A DNA stretch of 63,405 nucleotides, the filler included, from Octopus bimaculoides (lineage: Eukaryota): NCBI RefSeq assembly GCF_001194135.2. It is 5 parts of 5 records of this genome, joined end to end, with 100 filler letters (N's around TTAATTAATTAA, not from the genome) between each part and the next. Parts side by side here need not be neighbours in the genome. Positions count along the whole stretch, not along the records: positions 47,136 to 52,276 come from NC_069002.1; positions 52,377 to 63,405 come from NC_069006.1; 3 more parts are not named here. One strand, given 5' to 3'. Shown here one piece after another: positions 49,112 through 63,109 of this stretch. The translations under genes were made by a program, and so were the position numbers. The notes beneath the pieces are model-generated. The model was not told the origin of the DNA and searched no databases. It saw only the letters and a list, made by a program, of their open reading frames with translations. Each line of letters begins with the position of its first letter. Position 1 is the first letter of the stretch.

Positions 49112-49902
49112 AATATGATAACGAGTATGTGTAATGTCTCAACGCTACTACTATCTAGCACCTTCGGATGATCTCTACTCAACCGCTACACAACCGCTAC
49201 TCAACACTCCTACCACGGCCAGACTACCTCTATTTATATGTCTTGGGAGATCCTACTTCTTCGCCTGGGGGGCGTCGACACAACAGTAGCATAACAAATG
49301 CTGGAGCATCAACCAGTGCAACGTATCTCTCTCATTAATGCGGTGAGATGGCAGAAGCGTTAGAGAATGGGAGAAACAGAGCAGCAGCATTTCTCATGGT
49401 TCGTTAGGTTCTGAGATCAAATCCCACCCAGTACAAATATGCCTTTCATCCCTTTCGGCTTCGGAGTCGATACAATAAAGCATCAATCAAGTATTGGTAT
49501 CAATGTAATTGATTTGCTCGCTCTCTTCAAAATTGCTGGCCTTGAGCCAAAATTAGAAAAGCTATACATCTCTCCTTAAAGGATATATATTTGCAATTCA
49601 GTAACGGGGAAAAAAAAAAAATATATATATATATATATAAAAAAGAAGCTGATCCAAAAAAAAGAAAAAGGTAAAAAGAATTGATAAGAAAGCAGGTAAA
49701 TCAGTTAGATGTGACAGCAGATGCAGACTTCATGAATTAACAGCGAAGATTTAACGCACATTATAAGCAGGTGTCCGATAGTGCCATCACGATTCTATCT
49801 GCCTATAAGGCATACGTACATGCATGCATATACGTACGAATACATTAATACATGCATGTATATATAAATATAGATAGACGCATACATATGCGCATGCATG
49901 TA

Positions 49903-49904
<2 letters not shown>

Positions 49905-49983
<79 letters not shown>

Positions 49984-50153
49984 ATATATATATATATATG
50001 TGTGTATATATATGTCTGACTTTATACACTCCATATCGTTTTCTCTTGCATCGTACTATATATATTCTATATATTTTGTAGAATGATAAATTAAGGAGTT
50101 TTTTTTTATGAGTACTACTGGATTACTTGAATCCATATATTGTGACTTAAAGG

Positions 50154-50247
<94 letters not shown>

Positions 50248-50292
50248 GAGATAGATAGATAGATAGAGAGATAGATAGATAGAAAAATAGAG

Positions 50293-50325
<33 letters not shown>

Positions 50326-50345
50326 TGCATATATATATATACATA
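49905..50345. repeat. (TA)n, (GA)n and (GATA)n microsatellite cluster
   Basis: Long TA run at 49905-49980; TA-GA-GATA compound tract at 50153-50345. Confidence 0.93.
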
Positions 50346-51718
50346 TAAATATTGTGTGTATATATGTATGTATATGTATGTTTGTATCGGCATGCATATA
50401 TATATGTATATATGCCATAAGTTTGTATGGAAAAAACCTTGCATAGAGGTGAGAAATTAACTTTTTTACTTGTGGTGTGATGTTTGAAGCATAAAAGCAA
50501 TACACATACACACATACACACAGAGTTTCAATAGAACAAAAAAAAACAACTATATACTCCACCACATATATGTCTCTACAAAAACATTTCAGATCCACAA
50601 GCTCATGCTACCTTCATTCGGCTACTCCTATACTATTCGGCTTAAACCCGGCTCACATAAACCCTTCTAGTGTACAACTACCCAAACCTTGCGTTTATCA
50701 CTACGATTAATGCTTTCTTCGACGAACGTCAGCTGTCTTGAATTACTCCCTACATATGTCTCTCTCTCACTCTCTCTCTCTCTCGCAGATGTTCAAATTA
50801 AGAACCAGTGGAACATTAACAGTATCAATCTAACAGATCTGGGATGTGCTCCAAAGACCTCGGGTTCTGACTAGACGTGCGCAAGACGTAACCAGTAGAA
50901 AACCCTAAATACACACACACATAACTCACCCCACAAATTTCCTATCCCCCCACACTTATACACATACATACACACATACATAAACACATTCATACATCAC
51001 AGACACTGTTGATTACGACGACGAGGGATACAGTTGATCCAATCGACGGAAGGGGCTGCTTGCGAGATTAGCGTGAATGTGAGTGAGTGCTTCACAGACA
51101 CGTGTACCTTTAACGTAGTTCTCGGGGGAGATTCAGCGTGACACAGAATGTGACAAGACTGACCCCATTGAAATAATAGAGGTGCAGCTCATTTTAGCCA
51201 GCTGTGGGGATTGGAGCAATCTGAAATAAAGTGTCTTGCTCAAGGACACAACGCGTCGCGGGGAATCGATCTTACGAATGTGAACCGAGTATCTTAACCA
51301 CTAAGCCATACATATACACATACGTACATACGCACACACAAACATACATAGGTACGTATATACATACATACAAACATACATACATGCATACATACATACA
51401 TACACATTCTTTTATTTGTTTCAGCCATGCGTCTTCGGTCATGCTGGAGCACCACCTTGATTTTGTACTTTTCCATATCATTCTTCAATGGCTGATTTCT
51501 TCAGTGCGGTAGAATTTCATATTGATATACACACACGCTCACACACACACGCACCCACACACATATACACACACGCACACATTCATATATGAGTACGTAC
51601 AAACATACGTCCATCCACATAAATATGCATATGTTATACATCAATACATGCATACATGAGTACACGAATAATTATATACATACATGCATAGAGATACACA
51701 TATATATATATGTATATA

Positions 51719-51774
<56 letters not shown>

Positions 51775-52003
51775 NNNNNNNNNNNNNNNNNNNNNNNNNN
51801 NNNNNNNNNNNNNNNNNNNNNNNNNNNNNNNNNNNNNNNNNNNNNNNNNNNNNNNNNNNNNNNNNNNNNNNNNNNNNNNNNNNNNNNNNNNNNNNNNNNN
51901 NNNNNNNNNNNNNNNNNNNNNNNNNNNNNNNNNNNNNNNNNNNNNNNNNNNNNNNNNNNNNNNNNNNNNNNNNNNNNNNNNNNNNNNNNNNNNNNNNNNN
52001 NNN

Positions 52004-52061
<58 letters not shown>

Positions 52062-52276
52062 TGAATACACACACACATAATCTTGTAGGTTTCCACTTCA
52101 CGCCTATTTGAATCGCGAGACTCTAATCTCCTGCTACAGTTCACTTCAGACTTACTAGAACATTCTCACCTGGAACACGCCCAAATATCTCTCCAGTTTC
52201 CTTCTCAACCACTGCAAAGTGTCAGATATTTACCTGGCAGGAACACAACAGACGATGTATATATATATATATATAT

Positions 52277-52376
52277 NNNNNNNNNNNNNNNNNNNNNNNN
52301 NNNNNNNNNNNNNNNNNNNNTTAATTAATTAANNNNNNNNNNNNNNNNNNNNNNNNNNNNNNNNNNNNNNNNNNNN
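52277..52376. other. Artificial scaffold linker
   Basis: 44 N + TTAATTAATTAA + 44 N. Confidence 0.95.
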
Positions 52377-52695
52377 CACATGGTTCTGGGTTCAGTCCTA
52401 CTGCGTGGCACCTTGGGCAAGTGTCTTCTACTATAGCCTCGGGCCGACCAAAGCCTTGTGAGTGGATTTGGTAGACGGAAACTGAAAGAAGCCCGTCGTG
52501 TATATGTATATATATGTATGTGTTTGTGTGTCTGTTTTTGTGTGTCTGTGTTTGTCCCCTCAACATCGCTTGACAACCGATAGAATAAGTACTAGGCTTC
52601 CAAAAAATAAGTCCTGGGGTCGATTTGCTCGACTAAAGGGCGGTGCTCCAGCATGGCCACAGTCAAATGACTGAAACAAATAAAAGAGTAAAAGA
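52377..52695 (+). mobile_element. SINE family A, near full-length, head cut by the linker
   Basis: Core, internal microsatellite and tail all present. Confidence 0.85.
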
Positions 52696-53074
52696 GTAAA
52701 GGGCTAGAAAATATCCAATTAATTACTGGTTCATTGCTTGTTATTTTGTGGTGAATAGTAATATTCCTAAAACAATAGTTTTAAGTATAAATCTTGGTTT
52801 ATAAACATTCAAATTAAAATCCAGAAAATGGTGATGTGGCATTAATATAGCATTAATATAATTTATTAATTGCAAAAATTCAATATATTCTCTTAGTTAA
52901 TATTATATTAATTCTAAATTATATTAATAGATTATATTAATGCTACATCTCCATTTATTTATTTGTGCAGCTGAAGATTGCACTGCATTTAAACTGATGT
53001 AATGATTGCATTGTTCAATTAGATGGAGCCACTTGAAACGGTTGTACTGCATCACTACTTAATATCCTGTTGCT

Positions 53075-53253
53075 TCGGACTGGCCCTCGTGCCGGTGGCA
53101 TATAAAAAGCACCCACTACACTCTCGGAGTGATTGGCATTAGGAAGGGCATCCAGCTGTAGAAACTCTGCCAGATCAGATTGGAGCCTGGTGCAGCCATC
53201 TGGTTCGTCCAACCCATGCTAGCATGGAAAGCGGACGTTAAATGATGATGATG
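53075..53253 (+). mobile_element. RTE 3'-end fragment
   Basis: Reverse complement of the 16100-16290 RTE tail; ends (GAT)n followed by (TA)n. Confidence 0.85.
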
Positions 53254-54730
53254 ATATATATATCGATGTGTGTGCGTCTGTGTTTGTCTCCCTACCCCTA
53301 TCACCGCTTGACAACTGGTGTTGGTGTGTTTGTTGCATCACTGTGACTTAGTGGTTCGGCAAAAGAGACCAATAGAATACGTACCAGGTTTTAAAAGAAA
53401 TGTGAATATTGGGACCGATTCATTCAACTAATAATTCAATGTNNNNNNNNNNNNNNNNNNNNNNNNNNNNNNNNNNNNNNNNNNNNNNNNNNNNNNNNNN
53501 NNNNNNNNNNNNNNNNNNNNNNNNNNNNNNNNNNNNNNNNNNNNNNNNNNNNNNNNNNNNNNNNNNNNNNNNNNNNNNNNNNNNNNNNNNNNNNNNNNNN
53601 NNNNNNNNNNNNNNNNNNNNNNNNNNNNNNNNNNNNNNNNNNNNNNNNNNNNNNNNNNNNNNNNNNNNNNNNNNNNNNNNNNNNNNNNNNNNNNNNNNNN
53701 NNNNNNNNNNNNNNNNNNNNNNNNNNNNNNNNNNNNNNNNNNNNNNNNNNNNNNNNNNNNNNNNNNNNNNNNNNNNNNNNNNNNNNNNNNNNNNNNNNNN
53801 NNNNNNNNNNNNNNNNNNNNNNNNNNNNNNNNNNNNNNNNNNNNNNNNNNNNNNNNNNNNNNNNNNNNNNNNNNNNNNNNNNNNNNNNNNNNNNNNNNNN
53901 NNNNNNNNNNNNNNNNNNNNNNNNNNNNNNNNNNNNNNNNNNNNNNNNNNNNNNNNNNNNNNNNNNNNNNNNNNNNNNNNNNNNNNNNNNNNNNNNNNNN
54001 NNNNNNNNNNNNNNNNNNNNNNNNNNNNNNNNNNNNNNNNNNNNNNNNNNNNNNNNNNNNNNNNNNNNNNNNNNNNNNNNNNNNNNNNNNNNNNNNNNNN
54101 NNNNNNNNNNNNNNNNNNNNNNNNNNNNNNNNNNNNNNNNNNNNNNNNNNNNNNNNNNNNNNNNNNNNNNNNNNNNNNNNNNNNNNNNNNNNNNNNNNNN
54201 NNNNNNNTGTGTATATATGTGTATGTATGTGTGTTTAGATGTCTGTGTTTGTCCCCCCCCCCCCAACATCGCTTGACAACTGTTGTTGGTGTGTTTATGT
54301 CCCCGTAACTTAGCAGTTTGGCAAAAGAGACCGATAGAATAAGTACTAGGCTTACAAAGAATAAGTCCCGGGGTCGATTTGTTTGACTAAAGGCGGTGCT
54401 CCAGCATGGCCGCAGTCAAATGACTGAAACAAGTAAAAGAAGAAAAGAATATAAACCAAAGGCTGCAACCATGACAATGAGAGTTCAAATCTCTCATCCG
54501 AGATTATTATCCTCTACAGTGCAGGGATCTGTTTGCGAATAAACATACAATTTTTCAGGGAAAGTCAATATTGAAGATATTGATTTTCTTCTGTAAAGTT
54601 GCATGTTTAACATTGGATTGGGATATCACATGGTGAATATATAAATCTTCCATTAAGTGGAAGAATGATTTCCAAAATATTAAATTGCAAAAAGTTCCAG
54701 CATATGAGTACTTCAGAACATTCGTTAAAG

Positions 54731-55021
54731 CAGCGCTTTTTAAGCAATGGGTCGCAAGACGAAATGCTGGGGTTGCGAAAATTAAATTCAAAGACTTGAA
54801 TTTCGGTTTATATGTTCTTTCACAAATGCACCAATTGTAGAACTACTTTTATTTTGGCAAATAATCCAACTACTCTTTTTTTATTTGTATGTTGTTCAGC
54901 AAAAAAAATAAATGATTTATGTATTTATTTGTATGTTTTATTTCATGTTTAATACCCGGGGTCGTGAAAAATCTCATGATGAAAAATGGGGTCATGAATG
55001 AAAAAAGTTTAAGAAGCGCCG
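54731..55021. mobile_element. hAT MITE
   Basis: TIRs CAGCGCTTTTTAAGC / GTTTAAGAAGCGCCG; 8-bp TSD CGTTAAAG (54723-54730) / TGTTAAAG (55022-55029). Confidence 0.8.
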
Positions 55022-55114
55022 TGTTAAAGAATATGATTATTGTATTGCTTAATAGGGGACCTAATAATTCCTATGAAATGTTTATAGTTTTGTTGCTTTG
55101 TTCAAGAACAGTGC

Positions 55115-55401
55115 TTAACCCTTTTCTTACCATATTTCTGTTGAGATGCTCTGTGTTTCTTTCAATTACTTTAAATATAACAAAGAATTTAGTAAAATAA
55201 CTTCATTATCATTAAGCTAGTGTTAGGAACATAAATTGTGACTAAGGTTTGGTGGAAGATTTTAATTCAAAACTTTTGAAAACAAGACATTCGTACTACA
55301 GAGCCAGAGGTAGTTTCAGCCAGGTTGGTATCAAAAGGGTTAAGAATTGTTTCTGTATTATATATTTTAACCCTTTTGTTACCCTATTTCTGTTGAGATG
55401 C
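55115..55401. mobile_element. piggyBac-type MITE plus the start of a second adjacent copy
   Basis: TTAACCCTTTTC..CAAAAGGGTTAA at 55115-55343; second TTAACCCTTTTG at 55367 runs into the gap. Confidence 0.85.
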
Positions 55402-55798
55402 NNNNNNNNNNNNNNNNNNNNNNNNNNNNNNNNNNNNNNNNNNNNNNNNNNNNNNNNNNNNNNNNNNNNNNNNNNNNNNNNNNNNNNNNNNNNNNNNNNN
55501 NNNNNNNNNNNNNNNNNNNNNNNNNNNNNNNNNNNNNNNNNNNNNAACATCAGATGTGAGTGAACAAAGGCATTTTAGCCATTGAAGAACACATTATTTT
55601 CTAACTAGTTACTTTACTTGTTGCACAATCTGTTACTGATGGTCGCTTATTTTTCTATATATTGTGCGCTGATGCAAATCTCTGCTATTTTCAGTCGGGT
55701 GTTCCCGACTGAAGAAGTAACCCGAAACCATTCAGTCTCATGATCCTGTCGTCTACTAGAGGATGGTAAGGGTTCTCTCCTGCTTGCAATGTATACAG

Positions 55799-56030
55799 GG
55801 CGGCGAGCTGGCAGAGTCATTAGCACACCAGGCGAAATGCCTAGCGGTATTTCGTCTGCCATTATGTTCTGAGTTCAAATTCCGCTGAGGTTGACTTTGC
55901 CTTTCATCTTTTCGGGGTCAATTAAATAAGTACAGTTACACACTGGGGTCTGTATAATCGACTTAATTCCTTACTCTGTCCTTATTTGTCCCCTCTATGT
56001 TTAGTCCCTGTGGGCAATAAAGAAATAAAT
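55799..56030 (+). mobile_element. SINE family M variant with (AAAT)-like tail
   Basis: GGCGGCGAGCTGGCAGAGTC head, central domain, tail GGGCAATAAAGAAATAAATA. Confidence 0.8.
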
Positions 56031-56494
56031 ATCTACAGGGTGCAAGTTGTACTGGAAACCAGCTAGCTGGCGGAGGATCTGCTCAGGGCTAAAACAGTAA
56101 CTTTGAACAGCCATATTGATGTGGCAATAAATATTACAATTTATTTTTTTATTCAACAATACCATTTAGGTTACTTCATACATAGTATTCAGTGCTGGGC
56201 CTAACTGAGGCAATGACAAATGACTGAGACCTTCAGCAATATGCCATATTTGTGGAGAAAACCCACCAAGAGAAGTGAAATTGTAGTTGTGGCAGATACT
56301 GGTGTCACGCAAATGGCACCTATGCTGGTGGCACATGAAAGTATCCATTACATTCTCGGAGTGGTTGGCGTTAGGAAGGGCATCCAGTAGTAGAAACCAT
56401 GCCAAATCAGAGTGGAGTCTGGTGCAGCTCTCTAGCTTGCCAGCTCTGGTCAAACCATCCAACCCACGCACAACAGATGTTAGATGATGATGAT

Positions 56495-56621
<127 letters not shown>

Positions 56622-57740
56622 CCTCAGTATGCTGCATCTGGTGGTGAGGCTCCAGTCCTGGAGTTGTGGAGAGCATGGAGTGACTCCTTAATTATCATTA
56701 GTCCCAGGTTTGACCTGACCGGGAATGGTAGTACCTATTAGGGTCCCATCTATGATAAAGGAGGCTCCTGTTATTTTTGACATGGACTGTAGGGGAAGGC
56801 AGCTCTTTTAGGAGACAGCTACTCTGACATAAAACTTGCAGATGGAAAGGAGAGACAGAAGATGGAAAGGATTGACGGGAAAGGACAGACGGGGAAGGAC
56901 AAACAGGTTATGTCATCGTGTAACAAAGGCAGGATGACATCACCATGGAGACCAATTGGATGATGATTCCTCTGTCTGTTGGCATCATGACAGAAGCCCA
57001 GTGAAAGCAGACCTGATTGGCACAACATAATAATGGCAAGAACAATGAAGTGTGGTCAGTTTTGTGAGATGAATGTTGCATCTGTTGATTAAAGCGAAGG
57101 AATAACTGTTTGGTGAAGGAGTTTGCTTCATAGCCTTGTGGTTCTGAAGCTTCTGTTTGCACTTCTCTGAATACCATTAGCCACAAATGGTGGTGATGTT
57201 GTCATTTGCTCTGTCAAGGCACTGTATGCTGTCTTTGCATAGTCCAAGATGTGTGGAGCAAGAGATCCTTTGTGTGGAAAACAGGCAGGGGTTAGCAACA
57301 GGAAGGGCATTCAGATGTATGACAATATTATATTTTTTTCTTAACACATTCTGGTATGGAAAGAGGTTCACAAAAACTACCAAACAAAATACTCAACCAC
57401 ATGGATCTGGGTTCAGTCCCACCGTGTGGTACCTTCAACAAGTTTCTTATACTGTAGCACTGAGCCAACTGATGACTAGTGAGTGGATTTGGTTGATGGA
57501 AACTGAAAGAAGCCCAACATATATTTATAGATATATATATGTATCTGCCAAATTAGATTGGAGCCTGGTGTTGCCATCCGGTTTCACCAGTCCTCAGTCA
57601 AATCGTCCAACCCATGCCAGCATGGAAAGTGGACATTAAACGATGATGATGATGATGATGTATATATATAACTGTTGTTATTAATTTTTTATATAATTAC
57701 TGCTGATAATAATAATAATAATAATAATAATGATGATGAT

Positions 57741-57952
57741 CTTTTCTACTATAGGCACAGGGCCCGAAGTTTTTAGGGAGGGGGCCAGTCGATTAGATTG
57801 ACCCCAATATGCAACTGGTACTTAATTTATCAACCCCGAAAAGATGAAAGGCAAAGTTGACCTCGGCAGAATTTGAACTCAGAATGTAAAGACAGATGAA
57901 ATACTGCTACGCATTTCGCCCAACATGCTAACGTTTCTGCTAGCACTCCGCC

Positions 57953-57953
<1 letters not shown>
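57741..57953 (-). mobile_element. SINE family M inserted in an (AAT)n tract
   Basis: Matches 23143 and 33431; (AAT)n on both sides. Confidence 0.82.
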
Positions 57954-57985
<32 letters not shown>

Positions 57986-58021
57986 TCTATATGAATACTT
58001 ATTCGAATATTTACTCATTTA

Positions 58022-58227
58022 CAGTAATCCCTTGGCTATCGTGGGTGCTATGTTCCAAAACCTCCCACAGAAATAGTTAGAATCTTAAATAATAGAAATA
58101 CCTATTGGTTGCTGAAACCCACGATATACTGAGGAGTCCTTGATATAAATCAACATATATTAGCCAGAAAAATCTGTTATGTACTGAGTGTGTGATTGGT
58201 GAACCGTGATATGGTGAGGTATTACTG
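58022..58227. mobile_element. Tigger/pogo-like MITE (TA TSD), CpG-decayed copy
   Basis: TA|CAGTAATCCCTTGGCTATCG...CCGTGATATGGTGAGGTATTACTG|TA. Confidence 0.8.
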
Positions 58228-58389
58228 TATGTATATCATGTACTGAAATTGTTTGGAATTTGGTGCAAGCCTGTTCAATGCTTAACAGACACAATGAGGT
58301 GACTAGGATTTTTAACACTAGGTATTTAGAGAGACCTGCTGAGGAGAATTAAGAATAACCCAAAATTTGAAATCATTATACAGGTACAC

Positions 58390-58525
58390 TAACCACATGG
58401 TCCAGGGTTCAGTCCCACTGCGTGGCACCTTGGGCAAATGTCTTCTACTATAGCCTCGGGCCGACCAAAGCCTTGTGAGTGGATTTGGTAGACGAAAACT
58501 GAAAGAAACCTATCGGATATATGTA

Positions 58526-58558
<33 letters not shown>

Positions 58559-58715
58559 CTCCCAACATCTCTTGACAACTGATGCTGGTGTGTTTACGTC
58601 CCCGTAACTTAGCGGTTCATAGGATAACAAAGAATAAGTCTTGGGGTCGAATTGTTCGACTAAAGGCGGTGCTCCAGCATGGCCGCAGTCAAATGACTGA
58701 AACAAGTAAAAGAAT
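58390..58715 (+). mobile_element. SINE family A
   Basis: Core, internal (TG)n and complete tail. Confidence 0.85.
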
Positions 58716-58977
58716 AAAGAATATCTATTACCTCAATCTACAGCTTTCAGCTGAGTTGGTATATTAAATTCCTTTGCTCGTTTGCCTGATTTCTGATGTG
58801 TTTTGCAATGAGATAGTGGCTTGTTTGAGGATTTTAGCTCTTATTTCTAGCAAGCTGGTACATCGTGTACCCTTTGTTATAATTATAAATTAATTATAAA
58901 ATTTTAATTGTTTAGCCATTTAACGACATTATTGCTGATATTATTGTTATTATAAATTATTTATATATTTACTGCTG

Positions 58978-59022
<45 letters not shown>

Positions 59023-60051
59023 TCTATGTGAATGTTCATTTGACTAAAAATTATTCAAGGTTGTGCCCCAGCATGGCTGCAGTCTAATGAGAGAAACAAA
59101 TAAAAGATATGTGTGTGTGTATGTGTTTGTGTCTGTCTGTCTGCATCAATTGACAACTTAGCAGTTCAACATAGGGCCCAATAGAGTAATTACTGAACTT
59201 TATAAATAAAAATAATTCCAGGGGTGGGGATCACTTTGTTCGACTGATCTCTTCAAGGTGGTGTCCCAGCATGGCCGCAGCCCAATGACTGTATCAAGTA
59301 AAAAAACAGAAGATAATAAAAAAAATAAAAAAAAGAAATTTAAGCTGACAGTAATTTGCATGTAAGATGGAATAATTAGAGTCTGTGTTTGTTCATTTGC
59401 TGTGTCATTAATGGGACAGTATTGAAGTAGGAGGCTGTCAAGTGATGACTACATAAAGATTGTATAAATGAGAAGGCCAGTGGTGGAGGGAAGAGGCAAA
59501 CATTTCTACTTTCACTTTCGTTCTGATAATACTTCCTTTGTATTAGCTTGGATTAATTATGACACACACACACACGAGATTATGTAGTGTCTTTTATTTG
59601 TTCTTTAATCTTTACTTGTTACTTGTTTCAGTCATTGGACTGCGGCCATGCTGGGGCATTGCTTTAAAGGGTTTTTAGTCAAACATGTCAACACCAGTAT
59701 TCATGTCTTTTTTTGTTTTTGTTTTCAAAGTTTGGTATTTATTCTATTTGCTTCAATGGCCCGACTGCTAAGTCATGGGGACGTAAACAAACCACCACTG
59801 GTTGTTGAGCTGTGGTGATGGTGGTAAACACAGACACAAAGACACGGATGTGCATTGCATAAGCTGATGATGTGCAGCTGTCATTGGATTGCAGAAATTT
59901 ACAATCCTGAATGGAAGTTTACATACTTGTACCATTTAATACATACATATATACAAACACACATATACATCCATATACATACATATATACACACATACAA
60001 ACAAATAAACAAACAAACAACTGCTTCGAGACCTTTAGTTTTCATATCCAG

Positions 60052-60314
60052 ATTACTGTGCAGGTGGCACGTAAAATACACCATCTTGAGCGTGGCTGTT
60101 GCCAGTACCGTCTGACTGGCTTTCGTGCCGGTGGCACGTAAAAGCACCCACTACACTCTCGGAGTGGTTGGCGTTAGGAAGGGCATCCAGCTGTAGAAAC
60201 TCTGCCAAATCAGATTGGAGCCTGGTGTAGCCATGTTTTCACCAGTCCTCAGTCAAATCGTCCAACCCATGCTAGCATGGAAAGCGGACGTTAAACGATG
60301 ATGATGATGATGAT
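60052..60314 (+). mobile_element. RTE 3'-end fragment including UTR repeat units
   Basis: GTGCAGGTGGCACGTAAAA..GTGCCGGTGGCACGTAAAAGCACCC..CGTTAAAC(GAT)n. Confidence 0.87.
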
Positions 60315-62261
60315 CACAAATTTACATTTATGCCAATAATAAATGGAGCACTGGGTTTTGTGATTAAATGCCTAAGTGACAATCTAGATAAGCTTGGATT
60401 TTCAGAAAATGAAATAAACCAACTGATTTGTACATTGCAAATACAATCAGTAAGCGGAACAGTAAAGATACGCAAGACGTTTCTCAAGTTTAAAATGTGA
60501 TAATGCTTTTGTTATCTACATTCCAAAGATGAAGTTTTGTATTTTTGTTAGAAACCAGCTCCCTCTTCAAACGAAGAATCTAAATGATTAATTACAAAAG
60601 GGAACACAGCAAGCATGGTTGTATGGTAAGAATTTTGCTTCCCAACCACACGGTTCCAGGTTCAGTCCCACTGCATGGCACCTTGGGCAAGTGTCTTTTA
60701 CTATGGTCTTGGGGTAACCAAAGCCTTGTGAGTGGATTTGGTGGATGGAAACTGAAAACAGTTTGTGATGTGTGTCTGTGTGTCTTTGTGTCTGTGTTTG
60801 CCTTCCACTACCACTTGCCAACCCATGTTGGTGTGTTTACATGCCCGTAACTTAGTGGTTCAGCAATAAAGGCCCATAGAATAAGTACCAGGCTTAGAAA
60901 AATATACTGGGGTTGATTCATTTGGCAAATAATTCTTCAAGGCATTGCCCCAGCATATCTATTGACTGAAACAAAAAGAAAAAAGAAAAGAATGTATATG
61001 CACATAACAGGCTTCCTCATAGTTTCCACCTACAAATTCACTGACTCACAAAGCATTTATCAGCTGGGTGCTATAGTAGAAGACACTCACCCAAGGTGCT
61101 GTGCAGTGGGATTGAACCTGAAACCTCATGGTTGCAAAACAAGCTTGTTAACCACACAGCCTTTTCCTCTTATTCCTCAATGCTGCAAAAACTTCAAAAA
61201 GTTGAACAACAAATCGCATCAATTTTAGCAGTTTGTTAACATCTGCAAAGGTCATCCATGGNNNNNNNNNNNNNNNNNNNNNNNNNNNNNNNNNNNNNNN
61301 NNNNNNNNNNNNNNNNNNNNNNNNNNNNNNNNNNNNNNNNNNNNNNNNNNNNNNNNNNNNNNNNNNNNNNNNNNNNNNNNNNNNNNNNNNNNNNNNNNNN
61401 NNNNNNNNNNNNNNNNNNNNNNNNNNNNNNNNNNNNNNNNNNNNNNNNNNNNNNNNNNNNNNNNNNNNNNNNNNNNNNNNNNNNNNNNNNNNNNNNNNNN
61501 NNNNNNNNNNNNNNNNNNNNNNNNNNNNNNNNNNNNNNNNNNNNNNNNNNNNNNNNNNNNNNNNNNNNNNNNNNNNNNNNNNNNNNNNNNNNNNNNNNNN
61601 NNNNNNNNNNNNNNNNNNNNNNNNNNNNNNNNNNNNNNNNNNNNNNNNNNNNNNNNNNNNNNNNNNNNNNNNNNNNNNNNNNNNNNNNNNNNNNNNNNNN
61701 NNNNNNNNNNNNNNNNNNNNNNNNNNNNNNNNNNNNNNNNNNNNNNNNNNNNNNNNNNNNNNNNNNNNNNNNNNNNNNNNNNNNNNNNNNNNNNNNNNNN
61801 NNNNNNNNNNNNNNNNNNNNNNNNNNNNNNNNNNNNNNNNNNNNNNNNNNNNNNNNNNNNNNNNNNNNNNNNNNNNNNNNNNNNNNNNNNNNNNNNNNNN
61901 NNNNNNNNNNNNNNNNNNNNNNNNNNNNNNNNNNNNNNNNNNNNNNNNNNNNNNNNNNNNNNNNNNNNNNNNNNNNTTCCTGTGTTTGTTCCCACACCCC
62001 CATCACTTGACAATTGATGTTGGCATGTTTATGTCCCCGTAACTTAGCGGTTCGGCAAAAGAGACCAATAGAATAAGTACTAGGCTTACAAAAAAAACAA
62101 GTCCTGGGGTCGATTTGTTCGATTAGAAACCCTTCAAGGCCGTGCTCCAGCATGGCCGCAGTCAAATGACTGAAGCAAGGAAAAGAAAGCAATAAATTAC
62201 TTACACTTTTGGAATACAGGAAATTAAAAGATTTTCTTTTAATACAGTTTGTAATAGTCGT

Positions 62262-62440
62262 CATTGTCATCATTATCGAACTTCGTCATCATTGTCATCA
62301 TCATCATCATCATCATTATCATCATCATTGTCATCATCATCATCATCGTCGTCATCATTGTTGTCATCGTTATCATCATCATCGCCGTCATCATTATCAT
62401 CATCATCATTATCATCGTTGTCGTCATCAACGTCATTGTT
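62262..62440. repeat. Degenerate (CAT/CGT)n trinucleotide repeat
   Basis: Source of the poly-His, Ile, Ser, Asp and Met ORFs. Confidence 0.92.
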
Positions 62441-63109
62441 TCTGCCTACCAAATCCACTCACAATGCTTTGCTCAGCCTGAGGCTATAGTAGAAGACACT
62501 TGCCCAAGGTGCCATGCAGTGGGACTGAACCCGGAACCATGTGGTTGGTAAGCAAGCTACTTACCGCACAGCCATTCCTGCGCCTATAAAAATATAACGG
62601 GATCTTTTTTTATATACATTGAATAGCTATGAAGATCCATGAAAGTAGAATAGGAATTAAAGCATCCATAGGTGAGAAATGGTTGAAAGCCACTTGTTTA
62701 AATGAGGAGATTAACCTCAGTATTTATTTCTGCCAACTGGCTGTCCAGACCAGTGTTTCTTGACCAATTTTTTTTTTTACATATGGACCACTTTGATTCC
62801 TATTCTATTCTGGTGGATCCTCATAGCCAGTCCTGGATTTAGGACAAATGAGACCCTGTGTTAGTTAAGTTACCAGGTCCTTTAATTGAACAGTCAGGCA
62901 TACGTGCTCAGGAGATTCATCATAAAAATTTTGGGGGCAGGAAGATGGGTCCCTCCCCTGGTTAATGGGGCCCTGTATTTAAGCACACTCAAGTACAATA
63001 GTAAATCTGGTACTGCTCAAAGCTATTCAATATTTAAAAACTCCTGTAATATTTTTGTAGATAAATATTATTTGGAAGTGTATAAAAAAATTTTCATATT
63101 TTGTACATA

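Noticed and set aside
50760-50874. (CT)n-GCAG acceptor followed by VQIKNQWNINSINLTDLGCAPKTSGSD*
   Set aside because: The polypyrimidine tract is a microsatellite, the peptide is unrecognised, and there is no upstream exon.
62209-62551. Poly-His/Asp/Ser/Ile ORFs as a biomineralisation or metal-binding protein
   Set aside because: All frames on both strands are open across a (CAT)n repeat that abuts a SINE; no splice or start context.
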